Of a stretch of DNA of 64,000 nt, positions 12,148-24,067 are shown piece after piece. The position numbers and the translations under genes are program-made. Below the pieces are notes generated by a model. That model had not been told where the DNA came from and ran no database searches. It saw only the letters and a program-made list of their open reading frames with translations. Numbering within the stretch: the stretch's first letter is position 1; every line of letters begins with the position of its first letter. Source of the DNA: Botryllus schlosseri (Eukaryota); assembly GCA_051294905.1 (NCBI GenBank), contig CM119373.1, forward strand, positions 25,420,001 to 25,484,000, given 5' to 3'.

Positions 12148-14347
12148 TAGGGTTGCCATACGTCCGAAATTTCCCGGACATGTCCGGAATTTCATTGTTG
12201 AAAAGGCGTCCGGAAGTAATTTCTAAAATATGCCAAAATGTCTGGAATTTTGAAGGCTTGAAGTAAGCTCATAATTTTTTGTAAATCAATATAATGGACA
12301 ATACTATTTTTGGGCAGATTTATGTTACATAAAATTTTATTTTGCGCTCTGCGCGATTTAGTATCATGTGTGTTGGTTTTAATATGGGGACTACCACCCT
12401 TGCAAAAATTGCGATCAAAAATAAATAAAAATAACAGTCATTTATAGAAATAAGTCTGATTATAATCGCAATCACAAGATACGGTATATTCATAGAGTAG
12501 GTCTAGGATGCTTTATTCTAAGATATAGTGGTTCTAGCCCAGGTGGTAATTTGCCTTTATTCTGGGGTTCGCGAAGATTTTGAACATAATCAGCTTCCAA
12601 AATTGGCCGTGAGTTAGTCTAGGCAAATTTGCCGACGTTTAATTAGTAATCAGCTTATCAAATTTGGACCTGGGCCACGGCAAATTGGAAATGGAGTCAC
12701 GACCATAAAATGTTGGAAACCACCGGATGCGCGGTGTTTATATAGCTCAGTGGTGCAGCGCGCACCGGCATTAGGCTGATAAATAATATTATCAGTGTGA
12801 CATGATCATGACTTAACGATGTACAGTTATGCTTCTTGCATTTTCGAAGTCATCATCCTCCACCAGCTCAGCCACTAACTCTGATCATGTAGGCGGAGAG
12901 AGGATAAAAATTATATAGTACTACATGGAAGAACCAATATTATTGACATAATTCAATCAAATCATTTAACGACCAGATGCATGTAGTATAGGGTTACCAT
13001 ATTTCTGTGACACAAATTCCATACACTCTTTAGCGCCCACTAGAGGATTACAAAATGAGTTGTGACGTCACAGTAGCAAAGCTATGCTCTTCGACCAGAG
13101 GTGGTCACGATACGTTTCAGGATTATGTGGCTGTGTGTTGTGTAACCGGGACCGAAACCACATTTTTCAGCCCCTACCCACCCAAATGAACAATGATTTC
13201 GAGTCCACCATAGGGTAATCGATGCAACTTTTGGGGGAGGGGGTTACTATATGAATCTGGTTTCTATATGCATTTGGTCGTATATTACTATATAGTTACT
13301 AGGCCTACTCTCCACCCACATGATCAGTGTTAGCGGTAGAGCTGGTGGAGGATGATGAGTTCGAAAATTCAGTGATCGTGATTGTACATCGTTAGACATT
13401 AAGTCATGTTCATGTCCCACCGCTAAGATTGTTTATCAGCCTTATGCCGATGCGCTCCACGGAGCGACACAAACACCCCACGTCCAATGGGTTCCAACCT
13501 TTTATGGTCCCAACTCCATCTCCAATTTGAAAATGTTCCATGCCCGGATCAAAATTTGACAAGCTGAATACTAAAAGAAGTCAACACCTTTGCTCAGAAT
13601 TACTCACGGGCTAATTTGGAAGCTGATTACGTTCAACATATTCGCAAACCCCAGAATATAGGCAAACGACTGCCAAGTTTGGAGCCACTATATATCATTG
13701 AATAAAGCATTTAAACGGCCTTAACGATGTCTTAGAATAAACCGTTCTCCTATAATTGCGATTACAATTAGGCTCATTCCAGTAAATAATGGTTTTTTTA
13801 TTTATATTTTATTGCACTTTATTCGAGGGCGATAGTCCATTAAAGTCAATAAATGTGATACTAAATCGCGCGCAGCGCGAAGAAAAATATCATGCATCAG
13901 CATAAATATTCCCAAAAATAATGTTTTCATGTTAATTTACGAAAGAATTATGAGCCTACGTCAAGCCTTCAAAATTACGGACATTTGGCATAGTTTAGAA
14001 ATTCCTCTTGGACGCTAGTTTGAACAGTGAAATTCTGGACATGTCCGGGAAATTCCGGACGTATGGCAACCCTGATGTAGTAAGCCACCAGAAGTTGCAT
14101 CGATTACCCTACGGTGGGCTCAAAATTAGTGTTAATTTGTGCGAGAGGAGGCTGAAAAAATGTGACTGCGGCCGTGGTTACAACTTACAACACACAATCA
14201 CCTATTCCTGAACCGGATCGTGACCACCACGCCGCTTCGCTGGTTTGACGTCATAGTAACTGACAAGGGTCTAATACCTCATCTTGAAATTCACTAGTGG
14301 CGCTAAAGAGCGTCCGGAACTTGTGTCACGTAAATATGGTAACCCTA
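12148..14347 (+). mobile_element. Non-autonomous hAT element (~1.1 kb), outer copy, interrupted by an inverted copy of itself
   Basis: Ends TAGGGTTGCCATA (12148) and TATGGTAACCCTA (14347). The segments 12148-12988 and 14083-14347 are inverted homologues of the inner copy. The outer TSD is poorly preserved (CTCCTAAA / CTATAAAC). Confidence 0.8.
12989..14074 (-). mobile_element. Non-autonomous hAT element, inner inverted copy (1086 bp)
   Basis: TIRs TAGGGTTACCATA (12989) and TATGGCAACCCTG (14074). Perfect 8-bp TSD ATGTAGTA at 12981-12988 and 14075-14082. Confidence 0.88.
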
Positions 14348-16022
14348 CTATAAACGAGCACGCACCTTGCAAATCTCCAAAATTTCACTTGCTTTGTTAC
14401 AAATGTTGGCTCGAAATATTCAGCTTTCCGCTGAATGGTTCCACTGAATATCTATGAAATGGATGTAAAGAATACACCCTTGATTATGTAAAAAAAATCA
14501 GCAAGTATACGGAACACATCTTGACTTGATCTGTTTATTATATCTTTAAAACCAAATCCGTGCTATTGAGGATTTGGCTACTGCTGTATAGCATCTTCAT
14601 GGGGTAATATCGGTAACAATTATAAAAAACCCGTTTTACACTCTGCTCAATATGAAGGTAGCAATCGTCAGACGCCGAATAAATTGTCCGGTCTGGGCTA
14701 GACCGTTAAGATGTGTGCATTCCGTAGGAAGTCTCCGTCTAAATTGTGGGCAAAGTGACGGAAGATATAAATTTTACGGGATCGTATAACATTTGCTTAC
14801 TACAGTTTGTTTTCGGTACGAAACAATATTCGTATGCAGTTTATCACTTCGGTTTAAATGAACTAATACCTTGACTACGATACTCGCAATACCAACAGTT
14901 AAGACAACAGCAACATAGATGGAGAACGTTTTTCAGTACGCGAAACAGGTAGACAGTCTGCAATCATTACAGTACATCACGACTAATGATCATTAATACT
15001 ACATATAGCGGTTCCGCATTGGCGTTTTCGCTTCTGTGAATAGCTAACTTCTTGAAATTTGATGTCAATTTATCTGACATGTTGGTGCTAGTGGTAATTG
15101 AAGCGAAACCCCAGCGTTGTAGTCCGGCGTCGGGCTATTAAAATCGAAGTATTTTCTGCAAAAAATCTCAACATTTGTTACAAATATGCTGGGAAATAGA
15201 GGAATTTTTCAATCTACCTAGAATTGCTTCGCGGGCCTTTATTTCTGGCTGGGATTTTTCTATAAGGTGTGTTCCCTGTATCGTGATCATATCTCGCTAA
15301 CGCAAAATATAAAGTTTAGGTTCTGGTAACTTTCGGTAGATAGATCCGCAATTCCATTGCATTATTACTAGACCCGTGTCGTTTAATTTAAACTTATTGG
15401 TTCGACTTCACTTGTGCGTAAACAAGTAGCAACAATTTTGAGTATGTCGGCGTCTTCGCGGTTAATGGTGACTCCAAGTACTTTTTGTACTGCCTCAGTT
15501 ATGATGCAGTAGAACAAGCAAGGTTTCGTTTGTAAGTGTTCAATCAGCATTTGGCTCTGCACTATCATAATTTCGTTGTCAGTATCTTCCCGCTGGCTGC
15601 AGTCAACGGGAACACTATATTTTCGATTGTCAGAGTCAATCCAATGTGACGTCACAATTATATATTCGTGATGCCATAGCTGGAAAAAACTATAAAAACA
15701 TGTTTTTTACCAGGTAACATGTTTTAAACATGTTTCTTTTAAATGCGTCCTTAATTGGTTGTTACTTCATCATGTAAAATTTTGCATTGATTTATGTGTT
15801 AGGCTACAAAGAAATTATTACCTTAATTAAAACGTGCACTTGGCACCACATGCAGCTCGTAGTGACTTTTGACACAATCAAAATTGCGTATTTCGCCTAT
15901 TTCTGCAGTATAGTGTAGGGCGTAGATAGGGAAAACATCACTTTCCGGTAAATCATTTCCCATTCCTAGTTACTCCCAGTTCCAATTGGCGGAATAGAGT
16001 CGATAGACCAATTTTTATACAT

Positions 16023-17309
16023 ATGAACATACTTTCAGACTGTAACATTCACGATGAAGTCACAGATGATATCGGACCTGAAGGAAAAACAATTGAAATT
16101 GACGGAAGCTCCATTGCGTTTCCAGCGGGCTGTTTCGATCAAGTGCAACGGGTATCCATAAGAGCAGACATAGATGATGCGGCGTGGCCTCAGGGCAGAG
16201 TCGGGATCACCCCTATTCTCCACATCGAAGCACCGGACTTGAGAGTCCCAGCCGCCGTTAAATTGGCAACATGGTGCGTTCCGGATGATAACGAGGAAAG
16301 TTCGATTGTTGACGTGTTACGCTACAACAGGGATAAAAATGACTGGGAACTGGTTCACAGCTCCCCTCTTGGAACGTCAGGATATATCGAATTCAAAATC
16401 GATCATTTTAGTAAAATTGCAGGCACTGCAAAGATTTCAGATGCTATTGATTATCTTTTGATGCCTAGCATTTATTCATGCGGAAGCATGCTTGCAGTTA
16501 CCACGACGTTGCATGATCAGACAGCCAGAAAGAGATGCCTCAAAAAATTAAAGGATGCATTCAACAACGAAGTTACCACGATGTTGGATAACATGGAACC
16601 TAGAAGCAAGTATCGGAAAATTACTAATAAAAGATTCATGGATGTAGTCACTGAACATAACTGCGACATTTTCTCCTGCAAGACTTCGCATTCACTACGA
16701 AGTGCACTATCTTGTAATACCTATCAAGATACCTTTACACTTTATCCTTGCGAGTTTAAACATCCATTGGTAGAAGTAGTCGAAGCAGAAGGTAGTCGCG
16801 TAGACACCGTCACAGTTGTAAGTAACGAAAAAAAGGCAGAAGTCAGCATGGCATTTCAACTCTACAGAGATGACGAGCCGACGCGTGAATGTAACTTCTT
16901 CTATTACTGGAAGCCACGTGACATACCTAGCACAGATCAAAAAAGCGTGCCTACTGCAGTCGAAGATCGGGGAGCGAATTCAAATACTCCCACCAAATCC
17001 AATGTCCCATCTAACATCGATCCTAATTCTGCAAACACTGACGGCGAGGGTGTTGAACAGTCCAGACATACCGGAACGGGAAACGAAAAACGCAAGGGCA
17101 GTTCAAGTCATAATGACAATCAGACGTTAAATCTTAATCAAAATCAAGATAATGAAGAGATGAATAAGTCAATTCATATTGGTCCTCATTCCACTGTATA
17201 CCTGAACAGTATGAATACGACAGGGATGGCTAACAGAGGTACGGCAACAATCCACAATAAAAATACTAGCACTGCAATGACCGCTGGGACAAGAGAAATG
17301 GCAAACTGA
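16023..17309 (+). CDS. ZU5-like (HFS motif) / UPA-like protein with a C-terminal Asn/Ser/Thr-rich tail and RHIM-like motif (428 aa, one long exon)
   Basis: ZU5-like pattern IGPEGKTIEI..SIAFPAGC...ITPILHIE...VKLATWC...W...IEFKIDHFS. Clear homology to 57148-57947. Tail contains SIHIGPHSTVYLNS. The frame stays open upstream to a possible phase-1 acceptor (ttcctag, 15969), so an upstream exon may exist. Confidence 0.75.
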   Translation: MNILSDCNIHDEVTDDIGPEGKTIEIDGSSIAFPAGCFDQVQRVSIRADIDDAAWPQGRVGITPILHIEAPDLRVPAAVKLATWCVPDDNEESSIVDVLRYNRDKNDWELVHSSPLGTSGYIEFKIDHFSKIAGTAKISDAIDYLLMPSIYSCGSMLAVTTTLHDQTARKRCLKKLKDAFNNEVTTMLDNMEPRSKYRKITNKRFMDVVTEHNCDIFSCKTSHSLRSALSCNTYQDTFTLYPCEFKHPLVEVVEAEGSRVDTVTVVSNEKKAEVSMAFQLYRDDEPTRECNFFYYWKPRDIPSTDQKSVPTAVEDRGANSNTPTKSNVPSNIDPNSANTDGEGVEQSRHTGTGNEKRKGSSSHNDNQTLNLNQNQDNEEMNKSIHIGPHSTVYLNSMNTTGMANRGTATIHNKNTSTAMTAGTREMAN

Positions 17310-17749
17310 AAGTCCGATGACGAAATTGTTCTCCCGTAATATTTATTTTTCATGAATTCATTCCTGAGATTCCTGAGCTCCCATCATATGTACAGAAACC
17401 GTCTGGACTTGACTGATTTGTATCTTGAGTTTATACCTAAAATTACCCATGTAGAGTTTTGTATGGATTGGCAATGTTATATTTATTCATAATTAGGCTA
17501 TGTATATAGGTATAGGTGTGGCTGTAGATATTTGAAACTCATACTTTCAGTGATCACTGGAGCTTTCTCATTACAATATGTGGACATCAATTCGCTTTAC
17601 TGATCCTCTCTTACGTGGCCACTTCGATTCCTCATGCGGCGATTTCTCTGTTCCGCCTTTCTTGACTGTATCGATATACTTGTTTCGGTCTTATAGTTTA
17701 TACAGGGCATAAAAATTAGAGGAGTCAAATGCGAGAAGGCCATTTAATA

Positions 17750-18193
17750 ATTGTAATGATTCGAATCGTGTCATTAAGTCGGTCTAGACTAGAGTAACAA
17801 AAATACAGATACTCTTGACTCGAAGTATATAGTTTCGATACTTTCTCCCAGCGGCGGGAACAGCGAAATATCAATTCTTAGTAACCCGACATTCAGAATA
17901 TACGTTGTAAAATGCTACTCTTGCTCGTTGAGACGACATTTCTGTGAATCGCAGAACGATCCACTGCATAGTCACAATGCGATATGTAATAAGTGGGGTC
18001 AAGGAATACAAAATTAATTTCAATGACGTGTAACTGGCACTCTTTTCCTTGCGTCTGCAAAAAAGATTTATTATTTTAACTTTCCGGAGTGTTATGACGT
18101 CATTACAGGATTCACTCGAACTCTCGTCTCGACTAGACGCATAATACTCGGTTTCTGGATAGAATCCCTAGATACTCAATTATCCCAACCCTA
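17750..18193. mobile_element. Degenerate hAT-type MITE remnant (same CTCGA-rich type as 22195/25000)
   Basis: Right end ATCCCAACCCTA at 18182-18193 with ctcga/tcgag repeats. The left TIR was not found. Confidence 0.4.
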
Positions 18194-18430
18194 TTTGTTT
18201 TGCCTATAACAGTAATTTGGCTGATTTAGTTAAGGATCGAATAAGAACCTGAAAGACTTATTCGGGAAGGGGACACATCTGCTCATATCAACTAGCAATA
18301 TAGTGTGATGTTAGACATGTGAACTAAACATGTATGCTTAGCAATGGCACAGAGAACAATTACAACTAAGATTGGTTTGGACTGTTACAAGCTCGTTGCT
18401 AAATTTTCAGTTGGACGATATCCGTTTCTA

Positions 18431-18779
18431 TGTCACTGACTAATGACCGCTCTGAGTATACTCTTGCAATCCTGATCACACACGCAGATCCAAGGAGCTT
18501 TCTTTACTAGCACAGAACAGCCAAATAGTAGTAATTAGTGGTCAGAAACTTGTAGATTTACCAGGTTCAAATGATACTGCGGTTCAATAAGAAATAGAAA
18601 GAATAAATGAAGCGAAATGGAGCCAATTGTCTATCTTACGACTGGAGCGCGAACGCGCCGACCTCAATATGCGGGTTCTGAGAACACGTGCCTCGCAGAT
18701 TGCCTGTGCCCGTGTGTGCCGTCACGGTTTTGGTTTGCGTGCGGCCTACTTATGCTTTCGCGTATGACAGGCGTTTACA
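18431..18779 (-). repeat. 3' LTR of the BEL/Pao element
   Basis: Direct repeat of 31406-31749 (10 substitutions and one 4-bp indel by manual alignment). Starts TGTAAACG on the minus strand. Confidence 0.93.
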
Positions 18780-18788
18780 CTCCCCCTC
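18780..18788 (-). other. Polypurine tract (GAGGGGGAG)
   Basis: Purine run on the minus strand directly abutting the 3' LTR start. Confidence 0.85.
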
Positions 18789-18988
18789 AAGGACATTTTT
18801 GTGCAACACAAAATGTCTTTACAACTATTTTCGTAAACAGTGTGGCTCCACGTCGGGGTATCGGGCTACAATGATAACACATAGAGTACGAGAGATCCAA
18901 ATGGTCTCAAATGGACGAAAACAAATAACGATAACAACAACAACAAAAAATAACGAGATTCACACGTATCACACAGCAAAACAGACAA

Positions 18989-19987
18989 TCAAGAATCGTC
19001 TGATATCAAAAGCACCAACTTGTGAATGGGGCGGTCAACATAAGTGGAAGAAGCAGTGCGTCTACTTTTTGCATCCAGCTCCGTTGTCGCAACTAACACA
19101 GTTGCTTTCCGAATGTGCCCATCACCACTTGGCGTGACAACCTCAACTCGGCCAAGTTTCCAAAAATTCCGGGGCTGATTAGGGTCAGAAATTAAAACAA
19201 TATCGCCGGGTTTGAAATCCCGTTTGACATCATTCCATTTACTTCGATTTTGCAGTGAGCTCAAATACCCACGTTTCCATTTACTCCAAAACTCATTGGC
19301 GAGGTACTGGACCCTGCGCCATCTTTTTACCAAATATATATCACATTTTTGAAATACTCCTGGTGGAGGCAACAAAACCTTGGACTTCAATGTGAGAATA
19401 TGCTGAGGGGACAATGGGATTGGAGCTGATGGGTCATTCAAATTTTGCACACACAACGGTCTTGAATTTACAATATTCTCAACTTCGGCAAGAAATGTAC
19501 GGTAAGACTCATCACACAAGATATGACCAAATTTCAGCAACAAGGGATTAAGAGCCGCCTTCACGGTTCGGATTTGTCTTTCGACTGCTCCTGACATGTG
19601 ACTAGCATGGGGAACGGCAAAGTTGAATTCAATAAAATCGCAATGCTCATTCAACAAGAAGTTTTTCACTTTAGTTTGGTTCAATTTCAAAGCAGCTTTT
19701 TTCAGCTCATTACTAGCACCGACAAAATTTGTGCCACAGTCACATCTCAGTTGCTTCATAGGACCTCTACGGGCCAACATTCTGCGTAGGGCATTGATGA
19801 AGGAATCAGTGGTCATAGCATTCAACGATTTCAAATGGATAGCACGAGAAGACAAACATGTAAACACAACACAATAACGCTTCAGAGTAGATCGCTTCTC
19901 CTTCACATAGTATATACCAAATACATCGCACGCAACGTAGGTGAATGGCGCTTCAGTATCAAACCTATCTACTGGCATAGGCGCCAT
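18989..19987 (-). pseudogene. pol: BEL/Pao integrase core (D,D35E) + DUF5641-like C-terminus
   Basis: VACDVFG...CDCGTNF...GAVER, then RWRRVQYLANEFWSKWKRGYL. It is in frame with the upstream RNase H ORF but separated by a TAG (PLES*KMAP). Confidence 0.93.
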
Positions 19988-19990
19988 TTT

Positions 19991-21300
19991 CTAGCTCTCA
20001 AGGGGCCGTCGCAACTTGCGACATGTAACACAACAACCAATTACATGCGTCACCCGAGACGATCCATTTATCAACCAATACCCGTGTTGCCGGATAAGAT
20101 TCAAAGTCATGTAGCGGCCGGAGTGGTTACTACGTTCATGAAAATGACGCACCAGCATATCAGTAATGCAAGACTTCTTGGGTATCAAAACTGGGTGCTT
20201 CACATCATAGGGTTCATCAGAATTTTCAATGCGACCTTCTAGTCGTAGCATACCACAAGAATCGAGAAATGGATTCAAGCGGTACAATGCGCTATTTTTC
20301 TGCAGTGGTTTCCCACTGTGCAAAGTCTCGATTTCCTTTGCGAAACATTCGTGCTGAGCTGAGCGCACCAGCAGACATTCAGCATCTTGAAGTAAACTTA
20401 CAGACAGATCTCCTGGATCCGATTTTTTCAATATAGCAACAAAACGCATGGCTTTCGCTACAGATCTCTTACACTTATCCCAACACGAGAAATGCCCAAG
20501 GCTATCTGGAACAATGACGCCAAACGTAGGGTGCGTTGGATTCTGTACTACGTTACTCACAAAGGCAGTTGCTTTTCTCATTTCATTAGCAATTACTGTT
20601 TTTTCTGACTCGCACGGTTCAAAGGTAGACTCAGGGGCCGCAAAGGGACCCACGACATGCAGGAAACTAGGGCCACACAACCAACGACATTTTGCATTAA
20701 AATCACTCACAGGGATACCTCTACTGGCATCATCACTCGGGTTTTTTTGCAGAAGGCACGTAGTACCATGAATCCCCATTAGTATGGTCATGGTTGCGAC
20801 ATACGCATGAAATCGCTTTGCGTCGTTTTTGATGTAGCCTAAAACTACCATGGAATCAACCCAGAAATATTCAACAACATTCTCATACTTCAACTCGTCG
20901 CGAAGAAACCGACTCATCCGCGACGACACAACAGCAGCGCTCAATTCCAATCTAGGAATAGAAAGTTGCTTATTCAATGGGGCTACACGAGCTTTCCCCA
21001 TCACAAGGGAACAGGACACATCCCCTTTATCATTTACCAAACGCACATAGGAACACTGGCCATATGCGAAATTACTAGCATCAGAAAAATGATGCAGCTC
21101 AACGTGCTCTACTTTGCCAAATTCAAGGGGCTTATAACAACGTCTTATGTGGACCGACTCAATTAAATGGATATCCGAACGCCATTTCTCCCAGCGCATC
21201 CACAACTCTTGGGAAACAGGGTCGTCCCATGATGCATTAGCTTTACACAGTGATTGCAAAATAGCTTTGGGCTCAATCAATATAACAGCGGCGAGGCCTA
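19991..21300 (-). pseudogene. pol: BEL/Pao RNase H (Pao peptidase A17-type region) and integrase zinc finger
   Basis: ELHHFSDAS..AYG, LVMGKARVAP, IPRLELSAA, FWVDSMVVL, NPSDDASRG, HERSNHSG...CVTCRK. There is a local deletion or frameshift in the YVATMTILMG region. Confidence 0.92.
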
Positions 21301-21364
21301 CACTGTAAAAACTGGGCCTACCCCTAGAGGTGGATCAAAATGCCACCCCATGATCAGAAGGGTA

Positions 21365-21465
21365 GGGTGGACTGGTCTACCTACGCCACAGGGTAAACTG
21401 GTCTAACCACGCCAAAGGGTAGACTGGTCCAACCACGCCACAGGGTAGACTGGTCTATCTACCCC
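21365..21465 (+). repeat. Subterminal 26-bp tandem repeat x4 (GGGTAGACTGGTCTAACCACGCCACA)
   Basis: Units start at 21365, 21391, 21417 and 21443, head-to-tail with no spacers. Confidence 0.9.
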
Positions 21466-21746
21466 TGTCCGGATATAACCCTTACCTATCCGGATATATC
21501 AACCTTGGGATATGCTTTACAAAAGTCAAACCAAGGCATAACAACCTATATCCTGCCCGAATATCTTCATCAAACGCTCAATCTCCGGTTACCAATACCA
21601 ACCCATATCTTTGTCAAACGCCTATTCCTGCTGCACTCTTATATACCATATCGGTTTTTGTGATGTTTATTGAAGTGTTCATTATGCCTCGCATGTTGAC
21701 ATAAATTACCAAACATCGACATCATTTCAGGCAACTCATTTGCAAA

Positions 21747-24067
21747 TTAGTCACTAATCTCGCGAAGTTTGGTGCGAACAGCACCAGTGGCCTTCAAATT
21801 AGGCACGCGAGCGAGAAAAATTGACATGAAAGTGAGAGATCTTTTAATCTTGGGTGAAAATTTCATGTTGAAGACCCAATGAATTGATATCATCACCGCC
21901 AATGCCTGATGAAAGCTGCGTATTTGTGTCACGCGTTGGCCTTCAAAGCCGACTGTCCACTCTTCCTTCGTCGTATCAAAACAAATGACCGGGTATCCAT
22001 TTCCGTGTTTGGGTGTCTGTTATTATATCAAAAAAGAATTAGGACAAATCTACACAGCACACCACACAGGCACAGACTTTTAGTAATCAGCAGTGTTGGG
22101 ATCAAGCCACTACCTTCGAGTGACGAGTCATTTCGACTAGAGTCAAGTCAGAATTCAAGTCAAGTTGCCTTTTAGAAGCAAGATGTATGATTACTAGGGT
22201 TGGGCACAATGATTCGAGTACTCGAATCTGAATCGAGTATTAATTTTAATGATTCGAGTCGAGTAGTAAAAGACCATTTTTTCGAGTACTGAAATTTTAC
22301 GCTCCTCGCAACTGGAAGTTAATTTATCATCGAGAATTATACTTTCGATACTAATTTTCACTGTTGAGCCTTGAAACCTTGGTTGACGGTATCGCAGCAT
22401 ACGACACATATAGTACAAAGCTACGTAGGTTACTGGACGCAGCACATTTTCGAAAGCATGATTATCCGACAACATTGTCACCAAGTCGAATGAAATCGGT
22501 CTCGTTCGGAAAATACCAAAGTATCATTTATGAGATGAGATTTTATTATTATTTTATTATTATGTTAGTTGTGGCAATAAAATATCAATGGTGCGTGATT
22601 TACATAGGAGTTAGTTGATAATGCATTCAAATGCTAATAACATTGATGAACTTCGTACCTGATCAATCAATAGGAAGTGCTCATACTTTTCGTTAAAAAC
22701 GGCGGGTACTGCTACCATCCAATCTAGATTCTGAGATTCTGTAAAAAAATACAATAATTAAGTCGGGAGTCGGGTACTGCGGGGAACATCTGGTTTTGAT
22801 GACCAATCAATATGGATCAAACCATACGGATTTTGGAAAATAATTAAACTTGGTACAGCTGTTGAAGAGGTCACAGTTCCTGAAAACCAACAGCTATATA
22901 TTGTGAGTAATAGCATGACATACTGGATAACTTTTGAATGACTTCTGGGACATTCTTCGAGCTGATTGTATATTGAGCGGAGCTGTACGCTTTGTCCGAA
23001 ATTCTTTTTGTTAGATCGACTTTACAGAGATCATCCTGACATCCAGAAGTGTGGAAAATTAGTTTGAATTCTGCAAGGACCTGGAAAAAGTTATGTCACC
23101 AGATGTGTCATCAGATCTGAGATTATGATGCTATATGTCGCATACCCAGGTAGCGTGTTGCAAGATAGGATATTTTTCGAGCACCTCCTTTGTCTCCATA
23201 CCACCATCGATATCGTTTCGTCGCAATTGAAACGTCATCCTCATCCTATTCTCCATTACTGTAACATCATGATGCTTTTTACGAAATTGTTCTTTCATGG
23301 TTTTTTGATGAGAAATCACGGCATACTCGTCTTCAGTGTTTGCGTAAGAACTCAAATCCGTCTGCAAAGTAGTCAAATTTTGAAATATTTAGCGAATATG
23401 AATTTTGATAATATTCACACTTACACTGATATTAATGCGCGGAGCTTTACATCTAGTAATAGTCTCTTCGTCATCATTTCTACTGACGGCCTCCCTCTTT
23501 CTACCAAATTTGCGCTTATTAGCCAAAACCTCGGCATCATTCTCAAGTTTGCGACGATAATCTTTGAATTTTGTTATCATCCGACTTTTCCAATAACCCT
23601 GAAACACATCGTATTGAGAAAAAATTATAAATCTCGTCCATAGAAAAACAACTTACATATTCAGATCCGTTTCCAAATATTAGTCTATCCTTCAAAACCG
23701 GGTACATGTTGACCAAAGTTTTACAGGCGTTTTTATATTGTTCGGGTTCCGGGTACCTGTTTCAATATAAAATAATATATATTAATAGTGGTAGAAAACA
23801 ATTTATTTCCATAAAATCTTTTTTGGTAATACCTTGTATATTTGACCATGTCCCAAAAAAGCGCAGACACAATATCGCGTCTGAGTTTTTCTGGAATAGA
23901 AGTCACTTTCTTCCCTTGATAGGGTTCCAGCTCCTGCTCGAGGTTTTTGGGCAAAGCAAATATATATGCTTTGGTCGGCCATCCAAGTCCCGCATCAGGA
24001 ATTTTGCGGTAAGGTTTTATAAGCGGGGTGCTGCATCTGGTAGCACCATTTGATGGCTTCATGTCAT
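21747..24067 (-). CDS. Spliced SAMD3-like / EnSpm accessory (TnpA-equivalent) gene, at least 7 exons, open throughout
   Basis: Exons 24067-23833, 23756-23657, 23598-23425, 23361-23146, 23080-22924, 22738-22659, 22016-21747. All are GT-AG and phase-compatible, with no stops (about 410 aa). Motifs RYPEPEQY...LVNMYPVLKD, YWKSRMITKFKDYRRK, TFQLRRNDI...VLEKYPIL, VLAEFKLI, SFHQALAVMISIHWVFNMKF resemble by eye the SAMD3-like ORF of animal EnSpm elements. A further upstream exon probably starts at 24314. Confidence 0.78.

Noticed and set aside
21365-21465. 26-bp repeats as a CRISPR array
   Set aside because: The units are head-to-tail with no unique spacers, lie 64 bp from a CACTG TIR, and the context is eukaryotic. 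They are subterminal transposon repeats.
23125-24053. Plus-strand ORFs 23125-23643 and 23706-24053
   Set aside because: They are antisense to the spliced SAMD3-like gene, whose exon phases and motifs explain the region.
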